From assembly GCA_009914755.4 (NCBI GenBank), contig CP086569.2, forward strand, positions 18,016,001 through 18,080,000: 64,000 nt of DNA, read 5' to 3'. The number at the start of each line of letters is the position of its first letter. The stretch's first letter is position 1. The notes under the pieces are model-generated. The model saw only the letters and a program-made list of their open reading frames with translations. It searched no databases and had not been told where the DNA came from. A program made the translations under genes and the position numbers. This stretch comes from the human T2T-CHM13v2.0 reference genome, Homo sapiens. Shown piece after piece: positions 47,143 to 62,149 of the stretch.

Positions 47143-47309
47143 AATTTTTTGTTGTTGTTTTTAAGAGATGATGTCTCATTCTGTTGCCCGGGCTGGGGTG
47201 CAGTGGCATGATCATAGCTCACTGTCACCTCAGTCTCCTGGGTTAAAGTGAGTTTCCCACCTTCACCTCCGGAGTCACTGATATTACAGACTTGAGACAC
47301 TGTGCCTGG
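47143..47309 (-). mobile_element. Partial Alu (~165 bp), minus orientation, directly abutting the previous Alu
   Basis: aattttttgttgttgtttttaagagatgatgtctcattctgttgcccgggctggggtgcagtggcatgatcatagctcactgtcacctcagtctcctgggttaaagtgag...acagacttgagacactgtgcctggc. Confidence 0.85.
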
Positions 47310-49048
47310 CACACAGGTGTGATTCTTAAGGAATCCTCATACACTTGCTCAAGACATGTTATCAGGATCTAGACGTTGTCTGATAATTGTATTCTCCTGG
47401 AATCATGGTCACAGTTGCACAGGCATTCACAGGTGCTTTCTTCTCTGATCATAATCAAAGAGTCAGGACATAATAGAGGATCCAATTTAGAAAGGCTCAG
47501 CTTTAAACAGTAATGGAAAAATTTATGGGTGACAGGAAAAACACAAAAGGGTCAACTTGCTACTGGAATACTTGCTTCAAGTTGAGTAAGTTTAAAGGAA
47601 AGAAAAAATGAAAAAAAAACCTGAATAATTTCTGTTGCAAAAATTGGAAGCATTTATTTGAAGACAGATGTTAGAAATTTTAAATTCCAAGATATCCATT
47701 TCTTATTCAGTTTAGATATGAACCTCTCTCTAAACGCAGCCCAAAATGAAAGACCAAAAACAACAATGGCAACTACACCAGTAATAACTTCTACTGAGCT
47801 CTGAGCCACCTACCCCAGAACCCATCTCTTACATAAATAGGAAGATATTTTTGCATATAATTTTCCTCAATTAAAAATAATATTTCCTGGAGATTTCCAA
47901 AGAAATATTTGGCAGCATAAACTAAACAGTGATTAGGAATCCTCTGGTGATCTATGAAAATGTCTTTGAGGACTATGTGGCCATGGATTAACCCGCAGGA
48001 ATAGCTTGCTTGCATGTCAGAATGTAAATTCTAACTTTCCACCCAGTAACAAGCGTATTCCCTTCCAACACGAGCATGCTGCACGGTTTTCCTACTAGTA
48101 AGTACCATCTTTATTTAAAGAAATACCTGCTCATTATCAGAAACCACCAATTTCTCTCAGTTGTCTTGTTTACCTGCTGAACAACCCCAGAAGACATGCC
48201 TAAACCATGTGCTTGGCACTGAATAAATACTCGTTGGGTCAATAGGTGAATTTATCTATGAGACAACTAATTCAAAAAATGTACATTTTTCCTGTTGACT
48301 AAGTCTTCATTAAATCACCAAGATATTTTCTTATTACCTATGTTCATTTTAGCTAAAAAATTTCAAGTTATGTTTTTTACCTAAATAGGCTTTCCTGCAG
48401 GACAGTGGTTCTGAACATGTGATTGGTATGTAAAGCCCAGAGTGTCATGGAGACCCGCTCAGGGAAACTGGCAGGTCAGAAGTATTTTCATAATAATATG
48501 AAGACATTATTTTCCTTTCTCACTGGATTGACATTTACCTGATGCTGCAAAAGCTAGTGACTTAGCATGGATGAAAGCAGTGGCACTAAGCCTTATTGGG
48601 TGTCATTTCATTCTTTTATTTCTGGCACTGACAGTAAAACAAATAAACAAACAAAAAAGAAAACAAAATTTACCTAAGGACATCCTTTGTGAAATCAGTG
48701 CATTCAATTATTACATACGTATTGACACACCACTGAGTACTCATCTTTTTACAATGGAACATGGATTTTACCAGAATATGAGAATGATAACCTAAGTTAC
48801 TTCTGATTTTCAGTCTTGGGTAGATATTTTCTCTAAAATTAAGTGAGTTCCTCACTTCAAGAAAAACAACTAACAGCATTTGTTGGCAGTGATGCATTTG
48901 GACTTGCAAGAGAACCATAGTATTTTGGGAAAATTGCATTCAATACTATAAGCTAGACAATTTTCCAATACATAAAGGCTATTTCTGACTACATCAATGG
49001 TGCCTAGCACATGTGATTTTTTTTATATTGCATAATAAAAATTTGTCA

Positions 49049-49372
49049 GCAGAGCGCAGTTGCTTATGCCTGTAATCCCAGCACTTTGGGAGGCCGAGGC
49101 GGGCAGATTATGAGGTCAGGAGATCAAGACCATCCTGGCTAACATGGTGAAACCCTGTCTCTACTAAAAATACAAAAAAAAAAAAAAAAAAAAATTTGCT
49201 GGGCAGTAGGGCGGGTGCCTGTAGTCCCAGAACTCGGGAGGCTGAGGCAGCAGAATAGCGTGAACCTGAGAGGTGGAGCTTGCAGTAAGCCGAGATCGCG
49301 CCACTGCGTTCCAGCCTGGGTGACAGAGCAAGACTCCGTCTCAAACAAAAAAAAAAAATTAATAAAAAAAAG
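49049..49372 (+). mobile_element. Alu SINE (young, CpG-retaining, AluY/Sx-like), + orientation
   Basis: agcagagcgcagttgcttatgcctgtaatcccagcactttgggaggccgaggcgggcagattatgaggtcaggagatcaagaccatcctggctaacatggtgaaaccctgtctctactaaaaatacaaaaaaaa...gggcgggtgcctgtagtcccagaactcgggaggctgaggcagcagaatagcgtgaacctgagaggtggagcttgcagtaagccgagatcgcgccactgcgttccagcctgggtgacagagcaagactccgtctcaaa, with an A-tail. Confidence 0.93.
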
Positions 49373-49642
49373 TTGTCAAAATCTGCAAGATTGGCAAAAC
49401 ATAGGAAAGGAATATTTTCCAGGTGACTATTGTATGATGTTACATAATCATGCGTGGTTAAAACAGCCCCTTGAAAATGCAATAGGTAATTAATATAGTT
49501 ATTTATATTACTGTAACAGAATAAGAAAAGTTCATTGATAATGATATCAGAGTCCATATGGCAATCTAAAATTTCTTTAAGAAACTACCATTTGTTGCGT
49601 TTTGGTATAGTATCAAACCCCGACTACCTGCAAAGACTATTA

Positions 49643-50415
<773 letters not shown>

Positions 50416-50496
50416 TCATTTCAACAGACTGAACACAGAAGATAAGGGAGTTCATCTGTCCTTTATTAAACCAGACATTTAAAAAATTTGCAAACA

Positions 50497-50800
50497 GGCC
50501 GTGCACACTGGCTCATGCCTGCAATCCCAGCAATTTGAGAGGCCAAGGCGGGAGGATCAGCTGAGGTCAGGAATAGAAGACCAGTCTGGCCAGCATGGAG
50601 AAACCCCATCTCTACTAAAAATACAAAAATTAGCTGGGTGTGATGGTGCACACCTGTAATCCCATGTACTCAGGAGGCTGAGGCAGAAGAATCAATTGAA
50701 CCTGGGAGGCAGATGTTGCAGTGACCTGAGATCATGCCACTGCACTCCAGCCTGGGCGTCAGAGCAGGACTCTATCTCAAAAAAAAAAAAAAAAAAGAAA
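50497..50800 (+). mobile_element. Alu SINE (AluS-like), + orientation
   Basis: ggccgtgcacactggctcatgcctgcaatcccagcaatttgagaggccaaggcgggaggatcagctgaggtcaggaatagaagaccagtctggccagcatggagaaaccccatctctactaaaaatacaaaaattagctgggtgtgatggtgcacacctgtaatcccatgtactcaggaggctgaggcagaagaatcaattgaacctgggaggcagatgttgcagtgacctgagatcatgccactgcactccagcctgggcgtcagagcaggactctatctcaaaaaaaaaaaaaaaaa. The flanks share aaat(t/c)ttgcaaaca as a target-site duplication. Confidence 0.93.
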
Positions 50801-53379
50801 TCTTGCAAACATGTAAAAGAATGCCATACTTCTCAGTATTTTTTTTTTATTTTTTGCCTTGAAACATGTAGTTATTTTCACCAAAATATGGTGTTTATTA
50901 ATTTGTAATATTTATTATTGCCATTTTAAAATTAGTTTATATATATTTTTAATTCTCAGTTTTAACATACACAGTGGTACATATTGGACAGGTAAATCTA
51001 CATCAACTAATCTCTCTCAAAAAGTTTGAAGAATGTAAAGAGATTTTAGGGAGTTTGATAAATGCTACTCAGGAATATACTTGACCTGTTAGAAGCTTTT
51101 ATAAATTTATTTTGTTCTCAATTTCTGCCACTCTGCTTGAGTCTTAAATGTGTCTTGGGAGGGTCAGATTTGCTTTAAAGGATACTCCAATCCTAAAACT
51201 CACATGGGATTCCTACTATCTGATGGTTTAATCTACTTTTTCATTCAGTAACTTCTAACTGATACCAAAAACTACAGTGAACCAGTTTCTGTGTTGTTTT
51301 GACTCCACTGATCCTTCTGCTTGTTTCCATCATTTGTTCTTCACAATTGCCCACCGAGGTAAGCGGTAGCAAGATTTTGATAAAAATTCAAGTCAGGCTA
51401 AGAAACTGTGAAGACAAATTCAAGTCAGGCTAAGAATGACTACGAAGTGAGTCATTCTTGCCATATCCAATGAAAACAAGAGTCAAGAGACCAGGAGGAA
51501 AAAGCACTCAGGGCACAGAGGATTGCTCCAAAAAGTGGAATTCTTTGCAGGTCCAGCAGCTAAAACTACCTGCTGTGATCTAAAACAGGTTTTATCTACC
51601 GGTTGCTGAAACAACCAACTATGGCTGCCTTCACTGACAAATCGAAACTTGCCCCCTCCCCAAAACCTTACTAGTGCTAATGAACTTTCTCAAAGAGGAA
51701 TACATAACATTTCTCCTTTTCCTAAGACTTCTAACTTTCTCTTTGTTCATTAGATACCATGAAGAGAAGCAGGTCTATGTATCTGCCCTGAACTGCAAGT
51801 ATGTCTTCCCAAAGAAATGTTTTAATTTTAGATATATACATCTGTATTTATTTGGCTTTACAAAACAAAGGCTTAGGGGTCCGATAGCCTGTACACAGCC
51901 ACTTAACTCAGAAGAGATTTGCTTTATCCAAAGTCAGAATTCTGAATCTCAATAGCAGTATCCCTTTTCAGCAGTGGAATGAAAATTTTGAGGCCATATC
52001 TATTTGTAATAGGCAGAACCATTTCCATTAGTGATCAGTGATGGTTGGGCTAATTCAAAATATATTAAGAAACAGTAATTCTAATTGAAGCATACACACA
52101 TGTATTATTCTTATGTGGTATAAAAATGTCAGACTTTTCTGAGGTATGAATATCAAATATATAAGAGAAGAAACATGTTTTATATGTACTTTAAATACAT
52201 TCTCAGATAAAAGAATGTTTGATCCAAAAAGAAGGAAATTTAATGCAATGTGTGTTAAGTACCTCCAACCTGCTCTGAATTATCTAAAAACTGTCAGAAA
52301 TGAAATGATGAGTAAAAATAGTCATTGTTCTCTGGAATTCATTGTTAGGTAGGGGACAATGATATGCCCACAAGTAGGTCTATTCTAAGGCATATTGAGT
52401 TAAGTGTCATTTTTCATTTTTCTGGTTAAAAGACAATAGGTATAATGTGTTAGGAATAATTCTATCAAAATGGATAAGAAGACAGCTTTACCTAGTTCTT
52501 TGCATTTATAATTAACAGAGTCCTTTTAGATAGAGTTTAATGTTAAAAGAAAAAAGAGTAGGAAAGGATAACTTTTAGCTGGGGAATGGGGAAAGAAAAC
52601 AATATAATCCATGAAAGAAATAGCATTTCAGCATTCACTTGAAGATGGCTAGAATGTTGAAAGCTGTAGCTGGAGAAAGATATTCTAGGAAAGTGGAACA
52701 ATATCAGCAATTATTTGCTGTTCACTGAGTTTGAAAATTAAGTGAATCAGAGAGCTTAGCAAGTGCAATTACTATGCCTGGACCATGTGAAATCCAGATT
52801 AAATTGGGTGAAGAAATGACTTGGGAGTGAATAAATAGCAACAGAGTAAAGAAAGAGAATAGCTGTAAAAAGATAGAGCCACTGGGTTGAGAGATTATTA
52901 TTGTTATTGTAGTTTTTGGACAAAACTCAAGAGCTTCAACTCTTTCTCATAGCAGTAAAACCAAAAGCCTTGCCTGATTTTCAATATGTATGATTTAGAG
53001 TATGTATTTAATATAAGATTCCAGGAATGTAATGACAGGTGGCAAAAATACTTGAACAAAAAGGAAAGATGTGTGATGCCTCTGGTCCTTGAAAGTATAT
53101 TTCTTACACACCCTCTTTGACAGGGAAGAAGAGTGAAAAATTTTTAGTTTCATAAGCACTCAGAAGTATTCAAATCCTGATTTTGCTTCAACATGTTAAA
53201 CTGAATAGTGGTTTGTAAAGAATTTTTGAAGTTATTTGTACTTCAATACTTAACAGAAAGTCAGGGCTAAGTCCTCTAATCTTGTTTAGACATAAAATCT
53301 GGGGGTTGAAATGTTGCAAACCAAAGATGATAATGTCTTTGGTGAATGTATAACAACTCAATATTGTATATGTCTCTAA

Positions 53380-53970
53380 TTTCTAATTTCAGATGGACAC
53401 AAAAAGATTTTATGTACACATTATATATATATGTATTATATGTGCATATATAAGTACACGTACCCTTACATATATAAAATATATGTATATAGATATATAT
53501 GAAAATTTATTTGAATAGATACACATAAATGCATTTTATATATCTTAGGAAAGTAAACTTGTATTTATACACAATCAGTCTTCACTTAATGTTGTAGACA
53601 GATTCTTGGAAACTGCAAATTTAAGAGAAATGACATAATGAAATATTTTTTTCCTCATAGACATTGTAATGTAACAAATTTGAAAGAAAATAATATTAAT
53701 CAAGAATCTGCTATGTGTTGTTTTTCTTAAAGTTGCAAGTTCCAAGAACCAATTGATGATATTGTGTGAGGACTTACTGTGCGTGTATATATATATATAT
53801 ATGTATATATATACATATATATACTTACTCTGTTTGTATATATACACACACACACATACTGTATATATATATACATAACATGTATATATACACATATACA
53901 TATACTGTGTGTGTATATATATGCACATATATATACACATACACACATATACGCACACACACGATGTTAC
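53380..53970. repeat. TA/CA/TG-rich simple-repeat region ((TA)n, (CA)n, (TATG)n-like), two blocks ~53400-53530 and ~53770-53965
   Basis: atatatatatatgtatatatatacatatatatac...tatatatacacacacacatactgtatatatatatac...acacatatacgcacacacacg. ORFs 53575..54000 (-), 53766..54026 (+) and others read CVYIYIYI... and are low-complexity artefacts. Confidence 0.9.
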
Positions 53971-56252
53971 TGAGGACTTACTATGTATGTGTGTGTGCAC
54001 ATGCTACTCCCACATTGTATATTTGAATAAATCAACTAATTGTGTAAATTATGTTAGTGTATTCCCTTTGGAGTAAAGGTATTCCAGGAGATTGATCTAG
54101 AATCCCTATTAAATAACAAGAATAGAACTAGCTACAAAAACACATTTAATGCATTTGTAAATTTACAAAAGTAAATTATTCACTATTTTTGTATTTTTGA
54201 GAAAAAAAATTTGCCATTAGCAACATAAAACAATTCAAAGCTAGACAGCCTGAAAAGATATAGGGAAGCTAAATGAGAGATATTCACCTACTTTAATGGA
54301 AATGACATCATGCCCAGGTCTACTAAGTACTAGTTTTAATGTATAGCACATTTTACAAGATCCAAAACTCCTTACACTTTAGAGGCACAATTACATTTTA
54401 GGGGAAGAGGATTGCTGAATACACAATATTCTTTCCTCCTGCTGAATGAAATGTAGAGTGATAATACCCTTTCTGGACCTGCTGCCTTGGATGTATGTAG
54501 TCCATTAATGAAGGACTTGTTTTGAACTGATCAAGTCCTCCTGATTTTTAAGCCATTGTAAGTTTTCCTGTTAGAAAGATTTGGCATAACATAACCATGC
54601 TGAAGTTTTCCCTCTGACAACTTTACATATCATGTAGGCTTTTTATGTCATTTAAGTGTTCAATGACTCATTAAAAGCATTTCTTCAAACAAATTGCTGA
54701 TATTCTTTCCCTTCTGTTTCATAGATCTTACTATAAAATGTGTTTACATAGCATTAGTTGAATGATGCAAAATGTGCAATGTAGCAACATTGCCCTGGAA
54801 AATGTATACGGCACCAACCAAGATTGACCTTAGTAAAGTTGCAATATTAAGCATAAGCCACCATAAAATGGAAATAAAAACTTAGGCTGAGCGCTGCTGT
54901 TCTTGTCCACTTAATGCTGACTATATCAAAAAAGAAGGGATGGAATTCCTAAGTTTATTTTTACATGGATTTCTTGATTATTAATCAAAACAATATTTAT
55001 CAAGGTATATATTATGGTGGTTGTATAATTATGGTAACTTCCTAAAAATTAGCTGGAACATCTGTATTAGGACTATATTTGGTTGTTTTTGTGATTATGT
55101 ACCATTAATGTAAAATGAGTCAAACCTCAAGCCCTTGAGATCATACCAAAGAATATTGCACAATTAGAGGTTAGACAATTTTTAAACCAGAGATTTATTC
55201 ATAATTTCTAAACACTGATTCTGTTTATGGCTTTCAAATGGCATTTGTTAACATGATAAATACATGTGCTATGTGTGTTTAGGGGAACATGTATCCACAC
55301 ACATGCACATATATTTATGTAGAGTGTTAAGTGAACTCAATAGTTTTATGTTAATTTAATGAAACTTACACTCTTTCACACACACACATATATATAAATT
55401 GTCCACTTAATTAGATGCCTGCAATTCAACTTTCTGTCTCCAGACCTAAGTGTCAAGTAAATTAAGCATGAAGGTAGCATATTCACATTCTCCAAATCCC
55501 TCTTCATTTTTTAATATCTCTTTAAGCTCTGTTCTTAATGTTCCTCCTAGAATTTTCCAGGCTAAGTAAGCAAAATATTAATTATCACAGAAACCTTTGA
55601 AGGTTCCTAGGACCCATTTTAGTTTCTCGGATTTGAGGCATTCTCAAAGCCTCACTTGCTTGTATGAGGTAGACAAGATACCTCACTGAGCTCTGGGGAT
55701 CAATCGTATTTCTTCCTTCTGAGATTCTCTGCTGAAAAATGGAATGTTCTACTGACCAGATCAATATTTTCTTCAAGAGATGTCTTGAGACTTGGCTTCT
55801 CCCTGAAAATAAAATGTTTAAACTACAAAATACTTAATAATGTAGACCGTTCTACCTAAAGTAAATTAAGCGGATTCTATTGTCTGCCAATGAAAAGTCG
55901 TTGTCTATTGGTTCCTGTAACAGATGCGGATAAAACAGCCTCAAGGTAATGGGAATTTTAGGTGGGTCCTTTTTATTTGAACTGACACTTGGATGTTATG
56001 GTAAAAGTCACCTAAATTGTTAATTTCAAAGCAATGCATAGTGAAAGAACTGGTTTGATTGTGTACATGACTGTTGCAATGAATCATTTTAATAGGATCT
56101 AGGAATACCGGGACAGTGGAATATGCTGGCTACTTCTTACTGCGCTCTAGAATGTTAAGGAACAAAAGTCACTGGTTCAAAATGTTAATTTCTCAGCTCA
56201 TGGAATAGCTAGGATATTAATAACTTTATTATCACGGACTTTAAAGAAAAGA

Positions 56253-56525
56253 TCTGATTTCTGTCACCCTGGCTGCAGCGCAGTTGTCCCTCCCGGTTTA
56301 CTGCAACCTCGGCCTCTCAGATTCAAGCAATTCTCCTGCATCAGCCTCCCATGTAACTGGGATTACAGGCAGGCACTATCACGCCCGGCTAACTTTTTAT
56401 GTTTTTAGTAGACAGGTTTTCACCATGTTGGCCAAACTGGTCTCATACTCCTGAGCTCAGGTAATCTGCTTGTCTCAACCTCCCAAAGCCCTGGGATTAC
56501 AGGCATGAGCCAATGAGCCCAGCCA
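56253..56525 (-). mobile_element. Alu SINE, minus orientation, lacking an obvious poly-T/A tract
   Basis: tctgtcaccctggctgcagcgcagttgtccctcccggtttactgcaacctcggcctctcagattcaagcaattctcctgcatcagcctcccatgtaactgggattacaggcaggcactatcacgcccggctaactttttatgtttttagtagacaggttttcaccatgttggccaaactggtctcatactcctgagctcaggtaatctgcttgtctcaacctcccaaagccctgggattacaggcatgagccaatgagcccagcc. Flanked by aaagatctgatttct and aaagatcaaatttct as a probable target-site duplication. Confidence 0.88.
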
Positions 56526-56927
56526 AAAGATCAAATTTCTTATAGGCCCAGAATTGGTGTATCTGAAATTCCAAAGAGGAGTATTATACTGTGATTTCAA
56601 CAAAAGATTAATTATGGATTTTCTAAGTCTCTTGTGAAGTTGATGAGGAAAGTATGTGACTCCAAGAAGTGTATTGCAAACCTTTCAGACTACCCTAATG
56701 TATCGTTGCTCAGGAAACTCAAGAAACTTTGATGAGGCTGTCTCTGCCTTGTTTGAAGAACTTGTAATATCCTCACCTGATCTATTACATCACCTGAAGT
56801 ATATTACCTGAGATGTTACCTGATAAGGAAGTGCAAATTTTCTTCATACCCTACCCTTGTGACTTCTTGTGGTCTCCAGACCTATAATGAGAGTCAGATC
56901 CTAGCAGGCTCTGTGTTTACTTGCATA

Positions 56928-57130
56928 GATGAATCCAGGAAGAAAAGAAATTTACACCATAAACAAATCCAGGAGGAAGAGAAGTCTACACCATAGATGA
57001 ATCCAAAGAGAAGAGAAGTCTGCACCACAGATGAAACCAGGAGGAAGAGAAGTCTACACCACAGATGAATCCAGGAAGAAGAGAAGCCTACACCGTAGGT
57101 GAATCCTGGAACAAGAGAAGTACACCAAAA
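56928..57130. repeat. 34-bp minisatellite x6 (consensus ~ca(t/c)agatgaatccaggaggaagagaagtctacac)
   Basis: Six successive imperfect 33-34-bp units were read directly. They start at approximately 56928, 56962, 56996, 57030, 57064 and 57098. Confidence 0.9.
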
Positions 57131-59298
57131 TAGGGCACTATTTTGCAGGGTTTTTTTTTTTTTTTTAAATCTGCAAGCCCAGGGAATATGTGTGGAAATA
57201 GGAATATATTCTAATCATGCTAGCCAAGGTAAAAAGAAAAAAGTTGTAAATCAATAAGAATTTATTTCCATAGTTGCATCTACGAGAGGATCTGAGAGGG
57301 TTTTTAACTGTTTGATCTGTTGGTGATTGAATGTTAAATAAACATAGATGTCAGAAAGCCCCTGCAGCAATAGGAAAGGAGGAATCAGAAGACTTTTGGT
57401 GAAAGTTTGGGTGGATCTAGCATATGGGATCCACATATCTGACATCTTTGTTCCCCAGGAGGGCTTGATGCTTTCTCTCTTTATAAAAGCATCAAGAAAT
57501 TTATGAAGAAGGGAAAAACCTGCTCCTGGCAAATGGGTTCCCTTATCTGCCCTTGTGAATGCAGGAAATGAAGGTTTTGTTTGTGAGTCATTTGAAACAG
57601 GTTCACTAAGTCATGGGAAGTAGGAAACAGGCAAGACCAAGGGAGATTGTTTAACCATTAGACATTAATAGCAGAAGAGGCACTGGGCAGTCTGTAGACC
57701 AGAATGTTTTATTCGCAGAGATCTTTGTTGCAGGTTAATTTATCGTGGCATCCCTAGGAACCCAATATATGGAGAGAGCCTACGTTGTTGTCCACCACGG
57801 GGAAATAAAATAGGGGTAAGTGGGTGTTTCTCTTGGACACCGTGATCCTGAGTCATGGACCCTCAACCATATCCAGACCTCAGTTATTTCATGACTAAAA
57901 ATCTTTTGAATGGTGTCCTTAAAGAGAGAGACCTTGATAACATCCAAAGCACTTTATCCAAGTGATTGGAAGCCATTAACAGAAGTTCACATGAGAAAAA
58001 AAAAATTTAGGCTCTTTCAGGATTTATAGATCATTGGCTCAGAGTTAAGCACATGTCCCTGGTGACTTGGAATGCTTCTAGGGTAGCTGAGTCAGAATGA
58101 GGACTCATTGGGCTGGCTGTTAGGGGGGTCACTTAAATAGAATTGTAATGTGATTGTATCTCACAGTGAGCAAAATAGGTTCAAACCATCCTGCCATTGT
58201 ATCTTATGTTTCAGAATATATATTATGAGTGTATATACTTATCACCTTCTAGGGACCCCCAACATTGGCTTTCTAATCTTCAAGTGATGATTATGGCAGG
58301 AGATATGACAGGTGCCTTCCTTTTACCAAAATGACAAACCCAACCAAGAAGACATCCCTGAAAAATGAAATATTGGGGCCATCATCAGAGATCTAACATA
58401 CAGAAATCTTTGATCTATACCTTTTGTATAGAATTGTATTCTACTCAAAATTCATATGCTGAAATTCTAACCCACAGTACTGCAGAAGTTGACAGTATTT
58501 GGAGACAGTTTCTTTAAGGAGGTAATCTTGCCATGGATATAATTTCAAGGAGACCTCTTGGGGCTCATTTGCTAAGAGCAAATCACTATCATGATGGATC
58601 TACCAATTTTACTTACTATTTGCTTTTCATTTCCCCTCTAAGTTTGCATAGGACGTTGGTAGAGTAATCTCACCATTTAGTTCTTAGCTTCTAAGAAGTC
58701 GATGTGAGATTGTGATTTACCTACAGGAGGAACAAACAAAACCCAGGGGAAGGAGAGTATGCAAAGTAGAGTAGCCAAAGAAAGGTTCTGAGACAGATAT
58801 TGATCATCAGCTTATTTTTCACCAGCCTTAATCTCTTTCTAGAGGCCTTACTTCATCTTCTATATGGAATGGAAATCTTGATTCCCTTGTGGCTGGGTTT
58901 CCTTATTTTCCCCATTTTGCACCCAGTAGATGCAACCGCATGACATTTGGGAACTGGAATTGAGGAACATGAAATAGAGGAAGCATTGAAGGACATAAGC
59001 TATTGGGGTTGAGGTATTTGTTTCCTCTTAGGAAGTTAAAGCAGAGGTTCTTTGTGGTTAAAAAATATCTTAGTGTGAATTTTTCAAAGATCAATTTCCT
59101 TGGACTGATTCTTTTCTAGAGAACCTTATAGTTGGTTCTTCCACAACGTCAGATATTCAGGTACTTATTTCTATGTGAGTGTCATTCTTGACTCACATAG
59201 TCAATGCAACATGCAACATAGGACAAAGAAGAATGTGGATACACTCATTTTTAGTGGCTTGTCCAACACTTTTTTTAAAGTGTTATGAATAGTTATTC

Positions 59299-59670
59299 TT
59301 TTTTTGTATTATTATACTTTAAGTTCTGGGATACATGTGCAGAATGTGCAGGTTTGTTACGTAAGCATGCACATGCCATGGTGGTTTGCTGCACCCATCA
59401 ACCCATCATTTGCATTAGGCATTTCTCCCAGTGCTAGCCATCTGCTAGTCCTCCACCCCCTGACAGTCCCCAGTGTGTGACAGGCCTCCCTGTGTCCATG
59501 TGTTTTCACTGGTCAACTCCCAATTATGAGTGAGAACATGCAGTGTTTGGTTTTCTGTTCTTGTGTTAGTTTGCTGAGAATGATGCCTTCCAGCTTCATC
59601 CATGTCCCTGCAAAGACATAAACTCATCCTTTTTTTGGCTGCATAGTATTCCATGGTGTATATGTGCCTC
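59299..59670 (-). mobile_element. LINE-1 (L1PA-like, relatively young) 3' UTR/ORF2 end, 5'-truncated, minus orientation
   Basis: ctttttttg followed by tattattatactttaagttctgggatacatgtgcagaatgtgcaggtttgttacgtaagcatgcacatgccatggtggtttgctgcacccatcaacccatcatttgcattaggcatttctcc...cccagtgtgtgacaggcctccctgtgtccatgtgttttcactggtcaactcccaattatgagtgagaacatgcagtgtttggttttctgttcttgtgttagtttgctgagaatgatgccttccagcttcatccatgtccctgcaaagacataaactcatcctttttttggctgcatagtattccatggtgtatatgtgcc is the reverse complement of the L1 3' end. Confidence 0.9.
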
Positions 59671-62149
59671 TGATGTTAATGGGTCCATAAGATTCTGTGT
59701 TCACAAAGCCAGTTCACTTAAAATGCTGCTCATGTGATATGCCAAAGGGAAAGGAGAGTCCAAGACAAATGCATATTGATTTCTACTGATTTTATAAAAT
59801 GCACTGAAGGGCAAGAAATGTCTAGATGAGCATTCTACCCTTGCCCTTGCCTTAGAAATATCTCAAAGAAGAATAAAAAAGATAAAATGGAGGGAAGATG
59901 TCAAACCAAAGGGGACCATGGTGAATAATGCTACAAAGAAGTAGCACATAAGGAGAAATCTGCTTGAATCATAAGTCCTTCCACTGAGAGTCTCAATAGT
60001 TAGTATGTAACTATGAGTTCAAAGATAATCACTAAAGAAGTGTTAAATAGTACCAAGGTCTCTTTCAGCCTTGAAGGAGGAAAGTTAGACATAATACCCC
60101 CACAGGAACTCAGACTATGTACATGAAGAATTAGAAAGAACTGAAGTTAATGCTTCAGAATACCTGGATTTATGCAACAGAAAAGATAAAATAAACCTCT
60201 ATGAACAAAGCGAAGTGCCATGAGGCTTTTAGTAAGAAAGGAGATAAGCATTTTTTTCCTTCTCCATAGATATCAAATGCCAGAGTTTGCTTATGAGAAC
60301 AGGGAGGAGACAAGTCAAGTAAACAATCTATTTTATGAAAATTCATATGATGGAAAAAAGGAGTGGGCCTGTGGAAAGAGAATTATGGTCCAGATGGATC
60401 CTCATGTTTACAGAGATGATAAGGGAAGATACTCAAACCAAAAAAGAGCCATCCCTAAATAAACTATTGAAGTACAACATATTTGATAGAAAAGAGTTTA
60501 CATTCTATGTATCTGGCTCAGTGAATCGTGGTTGAAAGCCAAAGCTAATCTATGCAATAATAGATACCCGACTTGTGTAGCAACTTATGCTGAACTTGAA
60601 GATGACCATGTGAGAGGGAAGTCCCAGGGATAGAGGATTGCAGAGCCAGTGGTCATATGTGATTTTCTCGGTCTACCAGCAGGACAATGAACTTTCTGCC
60701 GCTACCCTCTCTTCCCAGATCCCAAGTGTGCCTGGCAACGTCTGAGCACCAAAGGGAATACTTGGCATTCAGAAAGAAACTTAATGTCCTTGGTGGCCTC
60801 CCAAGGGATTGGTTAGGGTGCCTGTACCTAACATAGTCTGTCCAAACCTAGTTTTGGACCCAAATTCAGGGGTAGACTCCTAGTCATTGAGGAGCATGTA
60901 GAACAGATTTTGTTCCTTTTATCATTGTTTTGTTTGCAAGTGGTTTCTGGCATTGGGTAATTTTCATCCTGGTGATTGGTAATCAAACAATGTCATAGCA
61001 GGACTGGAATAGACCAAGATATATGCCATGAGATGAACTGGTTACACGATAACCCTTGGGACCAATCACTGATGGCACAAAAAGCATAAGAAAAGTATGA
61101 CCCTTAAATCTAGGTTAGAAGAGCTCCTGTGCTGATACTTGCTTTCAAGGACTGAATTCTGAACTTCTTCCAGCCACATTCATCTGTGCAAGGACTCCAA
61201 GATGTCAAAGCTCTATACCTCAGTTTAGAACCCACTCTGGGTATCTAGGACCATGGATAATCCAGTCCAAATGACTCTCCACCCACTTCCAGAATTAGCA
61301 TGGCTTGTTCCCTACGTCGTGCCTGTAAAGGATTCTTCTATTCAGAGGAGGGGCCATGTGGTGGCTGCTGGGAGGTCAGAATAAGGACTTGTGTTGTGGT
61401 TGGGTGAGCAGAACATAGATGACCTTGTGGGAGGAAAGATGGAATATGGACCCAAGATTGCATATGGGTTCATAATAATGAGGTGAATCAAATATGGATG
61501 TGCATGGGCGGGATGGATGGAGCACAAATACCCATGAAGAATGAGTGGAATATAATGGCCATTGTTGGGAGGGATTGATGGAAAATAGACATGAATTGGG
61601 AGAGTGGATGGAAACAGATATGCATTAGGGGTTGAATGCCTATGGATGTGTTTTAGGAGGCAGATGAAATAATACAGACGTACAGGCTGGGGTCTCTACC
61701 CATGAGTGCTGGAGGAGCTTAGGAGATAGCCTGGAGGTTGGAAGAGAAAGGGACAGGTCTCAGGCTTGACCAGTTCCCCAGACCCCCTCTCTGGTTCACA
61801 GCCCCCATTGCCCACCCAGTTTGTACCTATCCTTCCAGGTTGTTATAAAAATGTTTTGTTAACATTGAAATATGGAATATACATTATTTTACCGATTTGC
61901 TTGGTTATAACTTTGAAATATGTAGACAAATATTAGGTGAATTGCCTTAGGGTTGTTACCATGGACATGTAAAATAAAAAGCCAAATCTGGTCAGGATCC
62001 AAGTCCAGGACTTCCAAATCCAAGTTCTCTGTGTGCCCACTCACTTGCCTCTCAGAATGTGTGGGAAGAGAGAAGAAAGGGTATCAACAATAGATAAAAG
62101 AAAGGAGAAGATATTGGACTTAAAAAGGAATGGAAATAATGTCTTCATT

